From: Methanosarcinales archaeon
Lineage (GTDB): Archaea; Halobacteriota; Methanosarcinia; Methanosarcinales; EX4572-44
NCBI GenBank assembly: GCA_004212095.1
Contig: RXIJ01000051.1
Coordinates: forward strand, 1 to 15,645
Direction of reading: 5' to 3'
DNA length: 15,645 nt
Position numbers and translations under genes: made by a program. Shown one piece after another: positions 1 through 7,554 of this stretch. The notes below the pieces were generated by a model. It did not search any database. It saw only the letters and a program-made list of their open reading frames with translations, and was not told where the DNA came from. The first letter of the stretch is position 1, and each line of letters begins with the position of its first letter.

Positions 1-792
1 TGCGATCCGACAGATGATCATTGTCGGTGCGAATTATCTAAGGAGGAAAAGACAGATGCTGAGAGGAGGGAGAAGTTATGTCCTGTGTGTTATCTGTTTG
101 GGTGTGGTGGGTGGAGGAGGAAATTCAAATTGGAATTAAGAGCGGATAAAAATAGAAATATCGGGGATACTATCACAGAACCTCTTGAAGTAGGTAAAAA
201 AATATGGATGAGATTCGTTATCTTAAACAAAATATATCCAGAAGAGTGTACATTGTTAGTAAAAACAATAGAATCAATTTCAAAATATGGTTCCGTTGGT
301 GGAAAAACAGTCTTCAAGCCATCCGAAAATCCTAACAAGAATAACAAGTTACATCATCAAGATTTTGGTTTGATCCAATTGGAAGATAATATAGATTGTA
401 AATTATGTTCACGAGATGATGTTAGTAGATATATAGATAGTTTTAAACAACCTGATAGTGATCCAAATTGGCCCAATTTCAATAATTTTTGGTTTGCCAA
501 TGGAAAAGTATTGAACAGAAAAGTACACAATCAGATCGTTAATCGACCAGATAAAACCCCTACTAGGTATTCTGATAATGCCACAAACTTGCAGAGATGG
601 CTCGGTGGAACTCCTCAAAAAGATAGTAAAAAGATAATCTCCTTCCACACACCATCTGGTAAGCGAACATGGGGTTATGCAAGAAACACTGGAGAACTTG
701 AAGAGATAATTAACATGGTGATTGCAGCGAAAGGTTGGAGCCGAAAGGATTTTAAAAAAGGGGAGGTTGTGCTCAATGAACTCTTCCAATAA
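1..792 (+). CDS. cmr1: Cmr1-like RAMP (Cas7-group) subunit of a type III CRISPR-Cas effector; 5'-truncated by the window edge
   Basis: Frame 1 is open from nt 1, with no stop before the GTG at 85 used by the ORF track, so the gene begins left of the window. Translation from nt 1 reads CDPTDDHCRC...EKLCPVCYLFGCGGW. This is a Cys-rich knuckle directly before the CxxCxLFG motif typical of Zn-binding type III RAMPs. A later Gly-rich segment reads SKYGSVGGKT. It is the first member of a tightly coupled operon with cmr6/cas10/cmr4/cmr5/cmr3-like genes. Family-level assignment (Cmr1 versus another Cas7-like RAMP) relies on position in the operon. Confidence 0.6.
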   Translation, partial: CDPTDDHCRCELSKEEKTDAERREKLCPVCYLFGCGGWRRKFKLELRADKNRNIGDTITEPLEVGKKIWMRFVILNKIYPEECTLLVKTIESISKYGSVGGKTVFKPSENPNKNNKLHHQDFGLIQLEDNIDCKLCSRDDVSRYIDSFKQPDSDPNWPNFNNFWFANGKVLNRKVHNQIVNRPDKTPTRYSDNATNLQRWLGGTPQKDSKKIISFHTPSGKRTWGYARNTGELEEIINMVIAAKGWSRKDFKKGEVVLNELFQ

Positions 793-2143
793 GACCCATG
801 ATTTATGGAATTATCGAAAAATTGTGACCGAGGAAGACATCAAGCAATTGCTTGGAGATGAAAAAATAAATGTACCTTCCAGAATTCAATTGTTAACTCC
901 TGCAGTAGCCACCGATCTAAAAGACCATGCTCGAAGTGGAGATCGTGGTGTGGTGTCTTATATGTCATTAGTCGATAATGCAGACACCAAAAAAACAGAG
1001 TATTCTTATTCAAAATATATTGAGAATAAGTCCGAAATTATGAAAGATATTGGCGTATGGAAGCCAGTGATTCCAAACATGGAAATTCTACCGCGATTCA
1101 GTTGGTTTCTACAATTTAAATTTATACTTGAAAAATCCATGACTAGTAAAGATGATGAAATCTTTTACATAATTGATAACCCGGTGTGCAAAGAAAAAAT
1201 ATTCAAGGTTCCGATGTACCCAGCTTCAAGCTGGAAAGGGCGGCTCCGCTGGGTTGCATCCAAGAACTGGATCGAACATGATGGGTCCGCCGAAGGTCGC
1301 CTTCGCTTAAGTTTGCTTTTCGGCGATGAGACTGGTGAGGAAGGGGGGCGCGGGTTGTCAGTCTATCTGGACAATGCTCACAACGAGTCCAAAGCGCAGT
1401 ATCGAAAAATGTTAAAACAGGTGTTCGGGATTGGTTCTAACGAGGATATGCCCCATCATGCAGGCAAATTGTATTTTTATCCTACATTCTTTAATCGTAT
1501 CGGTCTGGAAGTAATTAATCCACATGATAGAAAAACGCGTGCTGGCACCAAACCAATTTATTTTGAATGCGTTCCAATGGGGGCGGATGGGCATTTTTCA
1601 CTTTTGTTCGTTCCTCGTGACAATAGTGATTATTCAGTTATTGGTGTAATCCAGGATATACGATTCACACTCAAGGCACTGAGTGATATGTTCCTCCTTT
1701 ACGGCTTCGGCGCTAAAACCTCCAGCGGCTTTGGGGTTGCAAAACCGGATCTTACTGAAGGGAACATCATCTTAAAAGCTGTTGGCATAGAAGCCAATCA
1801 AAAAGAGATAGAAAAACCACAACCGCCTGAAGAGGTATATGAAAAGTATCTCAACGAAAATGGCAGCGTTAAGGAGGAATTTAGGGGTAGTGGCAAGGCA
1901 GGGTTACTCAGCAGTCCTGAATATCATGAAAAGGGGAATCAACTGGGTGGAGGGGGTTTTAAAGAATTTGGGAGATTTAAGCAATGGTATGTTAAATCTA
2001 GCGAACGATGGCAGAAGCATCTCAAGTCCAAAGATGCCCCAGCACCTGAATGGCCGAACTGGACATTTTCGAGCTTCAAGGAATTGGCAGAACTGGCTGA
2101 ACAGATTGAAAAATCATTAAATCCTCAGGAGGGACCAAGGTGA
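776..2143 (+). CDS. cmr6: Cmr6-like RAMP subunit with a ~130-aa C-terminal extension
   Basis: ATG at 776 is preceded by GGGAGG (761-766). The TTG at 722 in the ORF track would overlap the upstream gene by 70 nt. RAMP motifs: VPMYPASSWKGRLRW (P-x-SS-x-KG-x-LR type), LLFG, AGKLYFYP and INPHD. The Gly-rich loop YGFGAKTSSGFGVAK matches the Cmr6-type GAKT-x-x-G-x-G signature. Its stop overlaps the cas10 start (GTGA at 2140-2143). Confidence 0.7.
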   Translation: MNSSNKTHDLWNYRKIVTEEDIKQLLGDEKINVPSRIQLLTPAVATDLKDHARSGDRGVVSYMSLVDNADTKKTEYSYSKYIENKSEIMKDIGVWKPVIPNMEILPRFSWFLQFKFILEKSMTSKDDEIFYIIDNPVCKEKIFKVPMYPASSWKGRLRWVASKNWIEHDGSAEGRLRLSLLFGDETGEEGGRGLSVYLDNAHNESKAQYRKMLKQVFGIGSNEDMPHHAGKLYFYPTFFNRIGLEVINPHDRKTRAGTKPIYFECVPMGADGHFSLLFVPRDNSDYSVIGVIQDIRFTLKALSDMFLLYGFGAKTSSGFGVAKPDLTEGNIILKAVGIEANQKEIEKPQPPEEVYEKYLNENGSVKEEFRGSGKAGLLSSPEYHEKGNQLGGGGFKEFGRFKQWYVKSSERWQKHLKSKDAPAPEWPNWTFSSFKELAELAEQIEKSLNPQEGPR

Positions 2144-4797
2144 CCGCTGATCTTAAGATTCTTACAGATAAGCAAGATGACCTGCTGCTGGCAGAGGTTG
2201 CGGCATGGCTGCACGACATGGGAAAATGCAGCGATGAGATGATAGAACGGCAAGCATCAGACAAACCACAACAACCAATTTTTCGGGGTGGAAATGATTA
2301 CAAAATCCATTTTTCACATCTTTTGGGTAGCAAAGCTAATTGCCGTATTGTTCTTAACGGTGAAAACGTCACACTGAAAGATTTGATAGAAAAAGGTATG
2401 CCAAAAGCGATAAGAAATAGCAATGAGTCTTGGATAATTCGATTTTTAGGAAGATGTCACGCTGCAGCTCATATTGAAAAAGAGGGGCAAGCTGATGCAA
2501 AACAAACAATCAACGACACTCGCTTAAGCAGTCCATTTGGATATGAAACAAAACCTTTAATTGGTATTACTTCTGGACTCAAAGGATTACCATTTGGTGG
2601 TATCTCAAACCGATCCCCATTTCTGAATGATCTGAAAAAAGTATTCAAAAATGCACCAGGTGACACTGAAAGACCAATAAATGAAGTGGATCTATGGGAC
2701 TGGTCAAGCATCGTCGCCGCTTTGTGTAAATCGGCTCTGGCTGGTGAACTTCTCGGAAACAAAACACCCAACCCAAACGATTTGAGATGGCGGCTTCTGG
2801 CGATAAGATTTGATTCAGAACAGATATGGGGGACTGCCTCAAAGATGCCGATATTGAACGCAAGAAAAAGGTGGGTTACTGATGGATTGGATAACGTGAA
2901 AAATCTTTTTGAGGAGGAATATCCTCTTGGAAACGAAGTTTACAGGGATGAAAACGGCAGCATATTTGTTGTACCTGACATTCAAGATTTAGTTAAGATG
3001 AGAGACTCTAAAAAAGATAAGACGTTAGAGGAAGTAATATCAGAAACACTTGGGTACAAAGGCGAAATTGTCATCACCCCGTCTATGGATACAGATCCAT
3101 GGTGGGGGCAAGATCCAAAAAGACGTCCTAATGAAGACAAGATTCCACCCATCGGTGAAATTCTCTCTAAAAACCCACGCTCTCCGCCAGATGCAACAAC
3201 AGTGAAACAATGGTGGGACGCGGCTCACGGCAATCCTGAAATGTGCACAATTTCGTGGCTGCGTCCGCAAGGACCGACTAAAAAGGGACTCAACCGAAAA
3301 GCATCGGATCATTGGGCAGAAAAAGTTACAGGTAGAGCAGAAGAATGGCTACGAAATAGACGTGACACAACAATATGGATAGATGAGGCGACAGACACCT
3401 ACGGACGAATCTGTTTGATAACCGGAAAACTCGATATTTCAGATTGGCTGAAACCAGATGGGCACATCAAGACCTTACTCGTAAAACCCCCGGATGCATC
3501 AAATAAGGCAGAACCAAAAACCCCATCCTTTGCCCGCATACGCAGGATATGGACGACCACAAAAACATTCTGGGTTGATGTGACGCGGGATTTACAAGAA
3601 AATATAGATCCAGCCAAGAGGCTGAAGATAACCGGGGAATTTATCCCAGAGAATTCATCCAATCATCTCACAAAGTTCAGCGCCTACGAAGCCGAACTGG
3701 ATGAGGTACGGTTCAGCATCTTCCACGCTGGCGGCAGTGAGTACATCATCACTGATAACCTTCAGCGGCTGGCTGAAAAAATGGACGTTACTGTAGAACG
3801 GTTAAAAGCACACATCGATGGCAAGACCCTGTGTATTTACGATTCCGAAGGAAAAAACAGACAAAAGCCCATCGGTCATCTGGCAGCACCGCAACTTGAA
3901 ACCGAAGCCATATCCTACCTTCCTGCAATACCTATCCTCTCTGAGCCCAGCATATTCATGGCAATTGTTCCTGCCGATAAAGCCCTGAAGGTAGCTAACC
4001 ACATCAAAGAAAAGTACGAGAAAGAGATGGGGAAGGTCAGGAACCGCCTACCGCTCACTCTGGGGATGGTATTTGCCAAATCCCACACCCCATTAGCCGC
4101 TCTGATGGACGCAGGCAGAAGAATGCTTCAGCAGTCCCACGAAGAGGAGGACTGGACACTGTACACGGATGCAATTGATTGCGGTACGGAATGTATCCTG
4201 AACTTCACAAACAAGCAAACATGGCACATCCCTGTGAAGATGGGTGACAAGACAACTGATGACATCTGGTATCCGTACTTCTATGTAAACGGGGTTCCCA
4301 CTGGACGTTCTACTGCGTTCAAGAGTATAAACGGGTGGCTGGTCCATGCCAGGGAATTAAAGAAAGGCGATACAGTAAAAATTTGTCCCTCCAGATTTGA
4401 TTTTGAATTTCTGGATTCTGCTTCCCGCAGGTTTGAGATAAGTTATGATCAGGAAACCGGAAAACGGCGAGATATCTTGAAATCAGAAAGACCCTACCTG
4501 CTGGAGGAACTGGAACATTTTCGGAGATTACGGGGGATTTTTTCTGAAAAAAAATTAGCAAGGACTCAGATCAAGAATATGATCGGTCTTATAGAGACGA
4601 AACGAGAAGAATGGTCATCAAAAAAAGATGATGATATTTTCAGGAGATTTGTTCACGATGTTCTTCACAATGCCAACTGGAATGATGGAATACCTTCCGA
4701 GATAGAGGAATTGGAAGATGCAGCAGTCAGTGGTAAGCTCAGAGATATTGTTGAACTCTACATGGATATAATTAAAAATCAGGAGGAATCTAAATGA
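2140..4797 (+). CDS. cas10: Cas10 large subunit (HD domain present, cyclase GGDD motif absent), type III-C-like
   Basis: 885 aa. GTG start at 2140 lies 6 nt after AGGAGGG (2127-2133). The permuted N-terminal HD motif is AAWLHDMGK (His-Asp at nt 2212-2217), with downstream histidines in GRCHAAAHIEK. The Palm1-like block is LLAIRFDSEQIWG...NGSIFVVPD. The Palm2-like block is RICLITGKLDISDW ... PILSEPSIFMAIVPAD ... RLPLTLGMVFAKSHTPLAALMDAGRRML. This aligns by spacing (~35 aa) with the canonical IYSGGDDIF...LTLSAGI...P arrangement. No GGDD/GGDEF string occurs anywhere in the protein. Confidence 0.85.
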   Translation: MTADLKILTDKQDDLLLAEVAAWLHDMGKCSDEMIERQASDKPQQPIFRGGNDYKIHFSHLLGSKANCRIVLNGENVTLKDLIEKGMPKAIRNSNESWIIRFLGRCHAAAHIEKEGQADAKQTINDTRLSSPFGYETKPLIGITSGLKGLPFGGISNRSPFLNDLKKVFKNAPGDTERPINEVDLWDWSSIVAALCKSALAGELLGNKTPNPNDLRWRLLAIRFDSEQIWGTASKMPILNARKRWVTDGLDNVKNLFEEEYPLGNEVYRDENGSIFVVPDIQDLVKMRDSKKDKTLEEVISETLGYKGEIVITPSMDTDPWWGQDPKRRPNEDKIPPIGEILSKNPRSPPDATTVKQWWDAAHGNPEMCTISWLRPQGPTKKGLNRKASDHWAEKVTGRAEEWLRNRRDTTIWIDEATDTYGRICLITGKLDISDWLKPDGHIKTLLVKPPDASNKAEPKTPSFARIRRIWTTTKTFWVDVTRDLQENIDPAKRLKITGEFIPENSSNHLTKFSAYEAELDEVRFSIFHAGGSEYIITDNLQRLAEKMDVTVERLKAHIDGKTLCIYDSEGKNRQKPIGHLAAPQLETEAISYLPAIPILSEPSIFMAIVPADKALKVANHIKEKYEKEMGKVRNRLPLTLGMVFAKSHTPLAALMDAGRRMLQQSHEEEDWTLYTDAIDCGTECILNFTNKQTWHIPVKMGDKTTDDIWYPYFYVNGVPTGRSTAFKSINGWLVHARELKKGDTVKICPSRFDFEFLDSASRRFEISYDQETGKRRDILKSERPYLLEELEHFRRLRGIFSEKKLARTQIKNMIGLIETKREEWSSKKDDDIFRRFVHDVLHNANWNDGIPSEIEELEDAAVSGKLRDIVELYMDIIKNQEESK

Positions 4798-5750
4798 GTA
4801 AAGATGGTAAAAAGTTGTACACCCACCAGCGTTTTGTGTCAATGGCACTCGACCCTGTGCATATCGGAACCGGGGGCTATCGCCTTGGGCGTGTGGACAA
4901 TACGATAGTCAGAGAGCCCGGAACGAACCTGCCAAAGATACCAGGTACCAGCCTGCTTGGTGCAGCCAGAAGCTATGCTGCAATGCGCTATGGAAAACCA
5001 GAAGCTGCAGGACAACATAAGAAATTAACGAATGATCAAAAGAAGAACTGCCCGATAATCTATACGTTCGGCACATATGCGGAAACAGGGGGCGGTCAGG
5101 CAGGAAAGGTAAGCATCGGTGACGCACATATTCTCTTCTTTCCAGTCTATTCTATGGCTGGTCCTATGTGGGTAAGCACAAAGGAAGTGATAGAATGTGC
5201 TGGCTTTGGATCGAACGGCGTTAATGATATAGGCGATGAGACGGTACACACATCTCTTAACTTGACAAAGGATAGACTCAATCTCGGTTGGTTATTGCTC
5301 AAAGCCGAAACCGGGCTTAGCATAACCTTACCAGATCCAGGCTCAAGCAAAGAAGAATGGCCGGCAATATTCAGTAGAATCGCTCTTGTATCCCCAAAAT
5401 TGTTCTCGCAGATAGTCAACAGCAACCTCGAAGTCCGCACTTCGGTTGCAATAAATCCGGAAACCGGTGCAGCCGAAGATAAGGCATTGTTCACCTATGA
5501 GGCGATACCACGAGCAACATGGCTATGGTTTGATGTGATAGATGATAACTATTCAGGAGCTTTTCCAGTAACTGAAAATCAGTTCAAAGGTGGGGAGGAA
5601 AACAGTGGAGATTCGATTGGAAAGAAATGGGATTGTCCATTAGATGTTGTCAGAACAGGACTTGAACTGGTAGAGTACCTCGGCGTTGGCGGCATGGGTA
5701 CGCGAGGCTTCGGTAGAATTAAACCTCTGGCTGACTGGGAGGTTGAGTGA
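4794..5750 (+). CDS. cmr4: Cmr4-like Cas7 backbone RAMP (target-RNA-cleaving subunit)
   Basis: ATG at 4794 overlaps the cas10 stop (ATGA), with AGGAGG 8 nt upstream. The N-terminal motif MALDPVHIGTGGYRLGRVDNTIVREPGTNLPKIPGTSLLGAARS matches the Cmr4/Csm3 pattern L-x-P-x-H-I-G-x-G...D...P-x-IPG-[ST]S-x-x-G-x-x-R. The catalytic-position Asp is D35 at nt 4896-4898. The C-terminal Gly-rich loop is LGVGGMGTRGFGRIK. Confidence 0.85.
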   Translation: MSKDGKKLYTHQRFVSMALDPVHIGTGGYRLGRVDNTIVREPGTNLPKIPGTSLLGAARSYAAMRYGKPEAAGQHKKLTNDQKKNCPIIYTFGTYAETGGGQAGKVSIGDAHILFFPVYSMAGPMWVSTKEVIECAGFGSNGVNDIGDETVHTSLNLTKDRLNLGWLLLKAETGLSITLPDPGSSKEEWPAIFSRIALVSPKLFSQIVNSNLEVRTSVAINPETGAAEDKALFTYEAIPRATWLWFDVIDDNYSGAFPVTENQFKGGEENSGDSIGKKWDCPLDVVRTGLELVEYLGVGGMGTRGFGRIKPLADWEVE

Positions 5751-6115
5751 TGAATCTTGATCTTGAATCTGCAAAAGCCGCACAGGAAATAATAACAGAA
5801 ACAAAAGAAAGAAAAGCGAGTGAAGTAGAAAATATTATCACCAAAACCCTGGGTGTTCTGCAGGAAAATGGGGTTTACGCGTGCATACTATTCCTTTGTT
5901 CTCGTAACAGCGACTCTGATAATGTGGTTAGAACAAAACTACTTGAAATGACAAAACTGCTGAAACTTGAGCCACCAAATGGAGATAAATCCGAAGACGT
6001 ACTGAAATTTATAACCGACAACATCTGCAACGATATTGACGCCATCCTGCTGACCAAACAACTCTGGGAGCAGATATTGATCTATGCCCGCTATGGTGCG
6101 AAAGCCAGGGAGTAA
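5750..6115 (+). CDS. cmr5: Cmr5-like small subunit (Cas11)
   Basis: A ~121-aa protein whose composition suggests it is mostly helical, lying between cmr4-like and cas5-like genes as in III-B/III-C operons. The segment LGVLQENGVYACILFLCSR resembles the Cmr5 helix-turn region. ATG at 5750 overlaps the cmr4 stop (TGATG); a GTG at 5747 is an alternative start. The call rests mainly on size, composition and position. Confidence 0.55.
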   Translation: MNLDLESAKAAQEIITETKERKASEVENIITKTLGVLQENGVYACILFLCSRNSDSDNVVRTKLLEMTKLLKLEPPNGDKSEDVLKFITDNICNDIDAILLTKQLWEQILIYARYGAKARE

Positions 6116-6119
6116 TAAC

Positions 6120-6908
6120 ATGAGATGGTCCCTCTATCAGGTAAGTCTACGCATCCTTTCACCGATCCATATCGGATGGAGAAAAACAGGGAATCTGCAG
6201 CAAACTCGCCCGTATGTGACTGGCAAGACTCTGTGGGGTGCATTAACGGCTAGACTTGTTAGGGACTTAGGGAATAATAATTATCAGAAAATGGGAAAGA
6301 TTGTTAACGACAAATTGATGTTTACATATTTTTACCCAACTACAGACTCCAGCAAGGTCGTTGTGTGGCCATGGGATGATTCAGATAAATTTTCATGGAT
6401 GTATCTTGGCAGTTACGCCAGTACTGCATTAAAAGACAAAATCGTCGATGAGGGCATGCTACACGAAACAGAGTATATATCCACAAAAACCAGAGATGGA
6501 AAACAGGTATATTTGATGGGATATATTATTGAAAAAGAAGGCTGTGAATTGGCATGGAGAGAGGCACTAAAAAGGATTCAGATTGGTGGCGAGCGAGGAT
6601 ATGGCTGGGGACGTGTTAAACTAATTGACAAACCTAAAAAGAGCAAATATTGTTTTAATAGTTATGCCTTTGATAGTAACAGAGATATACCTCAAATTAC
6701 TGTGCAAAAAGACAAACCAATCCTTGCCCATGCTCTGGTAGATGGATTAAATTGTAATGGAACAATAGAACCTTTTGTTGGTAGAGAGACAAACGAAAAC
6801 AAGGAGTTTGGAGGGGTGGTTTCCAGAGCAGAGATTTGCTGGATTCCAGGCAGTGCAGTAAAGAGAGAAACAATGTTTATGATGTCAGAGAAAGGAATAT
6901 GGAAATAA
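6120..6908 (+). CDS. cmr3: Cmr3/Csx10-like Cas5-group RAMP subunit
   Basis: ATG at 6120 lies 4 nt after the cmr5 stop and is preceded by GGGAG (6106-6110). The ATG at 6084 in the ORF track would overlap cmr5 by 32 nt. The N-terminal RAMP motif is LRILSPIHIGWRKTGNLQQTRPYVTGKTLWGALTARL, the Cas5-group pattern with x-x-T-L-x-G-A-L. The Gly-rich loop is IQIGGERGYGWGRVKL. Confidence 0.6.
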   Translation: MRWSLYQVSLRILSPIHIGWRKTGNLQQTRPYVTGKTLWGALTARLVRDLGNNNYQKMGKIVNDKLMFTYFYPTTDSSKVVVWPWDDSDKFSWMYLGSYASTALKDKIVDEGMLHETEYISTKTRDGKQVYLMGYIIEKEGCELAWREALKRIQIGGERGYGWGRVKLIDKPKKSKYCFNSYAFDSNRDIPQITVQKDKPILAHALVDGLNCNGTIEPFVGRETNENKEFGGVVSRAEICWIPGSAVKRETMFMMSEKGIWK

Positions 6909-6962
6909 GAAAAAGAGCTATGAGATAGTTTGAGATCGGTAAATCCATGACATTAAATAATA

Positions 6963-7013
6963 GAGCGTATCTGGCTACGATGCTACGCATCTTCGCCAAC
7001 TTCAGATACGCTC
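6963..7013. repeat. Perfect 11-bp inverted repeat (hairpin with 29-nt loop) in the cmr3-CBS intergenic region
   Basis: gagcgtatctg (6963-6973) is the exact reverse complement of cagatacgctc (7003-7013). The loop contains a short direct repeat, gctacg (6974-6979 and 6982-6987). Function is unknown; it could be a transcript-end structure or a 5'-UTR structure. Confidence 0.3.
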
Positions 7014-7058
7014 AAAATGGTAAAAAGAACAGCACAACCTAAGTAGGAGGAATATGAT

Positions 7059-7547
7059 TTGAAAGTTAAAGATGTAATGAACACAAATGTAATAACGTGC
7101 ACACCTGAAGAAACCGTAAAGAACGCCGCACAGGTACTGAAGAAACGCAGAATAAGCGGTCTTCCGGTAGTAAAGAACAATCGGCTTGTTGGGATAGTAA
7201 CCGAGACAGATATATTAAAATTATTAAAAAACCCTTCTGTTAGTGAAGACCTGTGGCTTCCAAGCCCCTTTGAAGTAATAGAGGTGCCACTACGAGAGCT
7301 CATCGGATGGGAAGAATTAAAACACAGTCTCGAAAGCATCGAAAACAAACCGGTGGAAAAGATAATGACGAAGAAAGTTTACACGGTCTCGCCTGAAGAT
7401 AGTATTGAAACTGCATCTGAAAAAATGGTAAAACATAGAATAAACCGGCTGCCAGTGATGGAAAACGAGAAGCTTGCCGGGATAGTTGCGCGCGGCGACA
7501 TCATAAAAGCCTTATCAGATGAAAGAAGTAAAAACATTGTTGAGTAA
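7059..7547 (+). CDS. CBS-pair (Bateman module) domain protein
   Basis: There are two tandem CBS motifs: VKDVMNTNVITCTPEETVKNAAQVLKKRRISGLPVV..NRLVGIVTETDILK and VEKIMTKKVYTVSPEDSIETASEKMVKHRINRLPVMENEKLAGIVARGDIIK. The TTG start at 7059 lies 8 nt after TAGGAGG (7044-7050); the in-frame ATG at 7077 is an alternative. Confidence 0.85.
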   Translation: MKVKDVMNTNVITCTPEETVKNAAQVLKKRRISGLPVVKNNRLVGIVTETDILKLLKNPSVSEDLWLPSPFEVIEVPLRELIGWEELKHSLESIENKPVEKIMTKKVYTVSPEDSIETASEKMVKHRINRLPVMENEKLAGIVARGDIIKALSDERSKNIVE

Positions 7548-7554
7548 AATCCGC

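Noticed and set aside
3712-3750. HAGGSEY (Cas10 residues 529-535) as the GGDD-equivalent cyclase motif
   Set aside because: It lies about 105 aa upstream of the LTLGMVFA...P block, whereas canonical GGDD lies about 35 aa upstream of it. SEPS at residues 601-604 has the correct spacing and the flanking hydrophobic pattern. Either way the acidic DD pair is missing, so the cyclase-dead conclusion does not depend on this choice.
1-6908. Alternative subtype assignments (III-E gRAMP/Cas7-11, III-D, III-B)
   Set aside because: III-E is excluded because the RAMP domains are separate polypeptides and a Cas10 is present. III-B normally has the order cmr1-cas10-cmr3-cmr4-cmr5-cmr6 with an active GGDD. 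III-D would be expected to show csx10/csx19 and several csm3-like genes. The observed order and the degenerate cyclase fit III-C best, but this is motif- and order-based and not confirmed by profile searches.
6947-7042. 31-aa ORF (MTLNNRAYLATMLRIFANFRYAQNGKKNSTT) in the cmr3-CBS spacer
   Set aside because: It has no RBS and spans the 11-bp inverted repeat, so its openness is likely incidental. There is nothing to support translation.
7059-7547. CBS-pair protein as a nucleotide-sensing accessory of the type III system
   Set aside because: CBS pairs bind adenosine derivatives, so the idea is tempting. However, the Cas10 here lacks the GGDD cyclase motif, and the gene is separated from cmr3 by 150 nt with its own RBS. 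Stand-alone CBS-pair proteins are also abundant in archaea. No sequence evidence links it to the cas operon.
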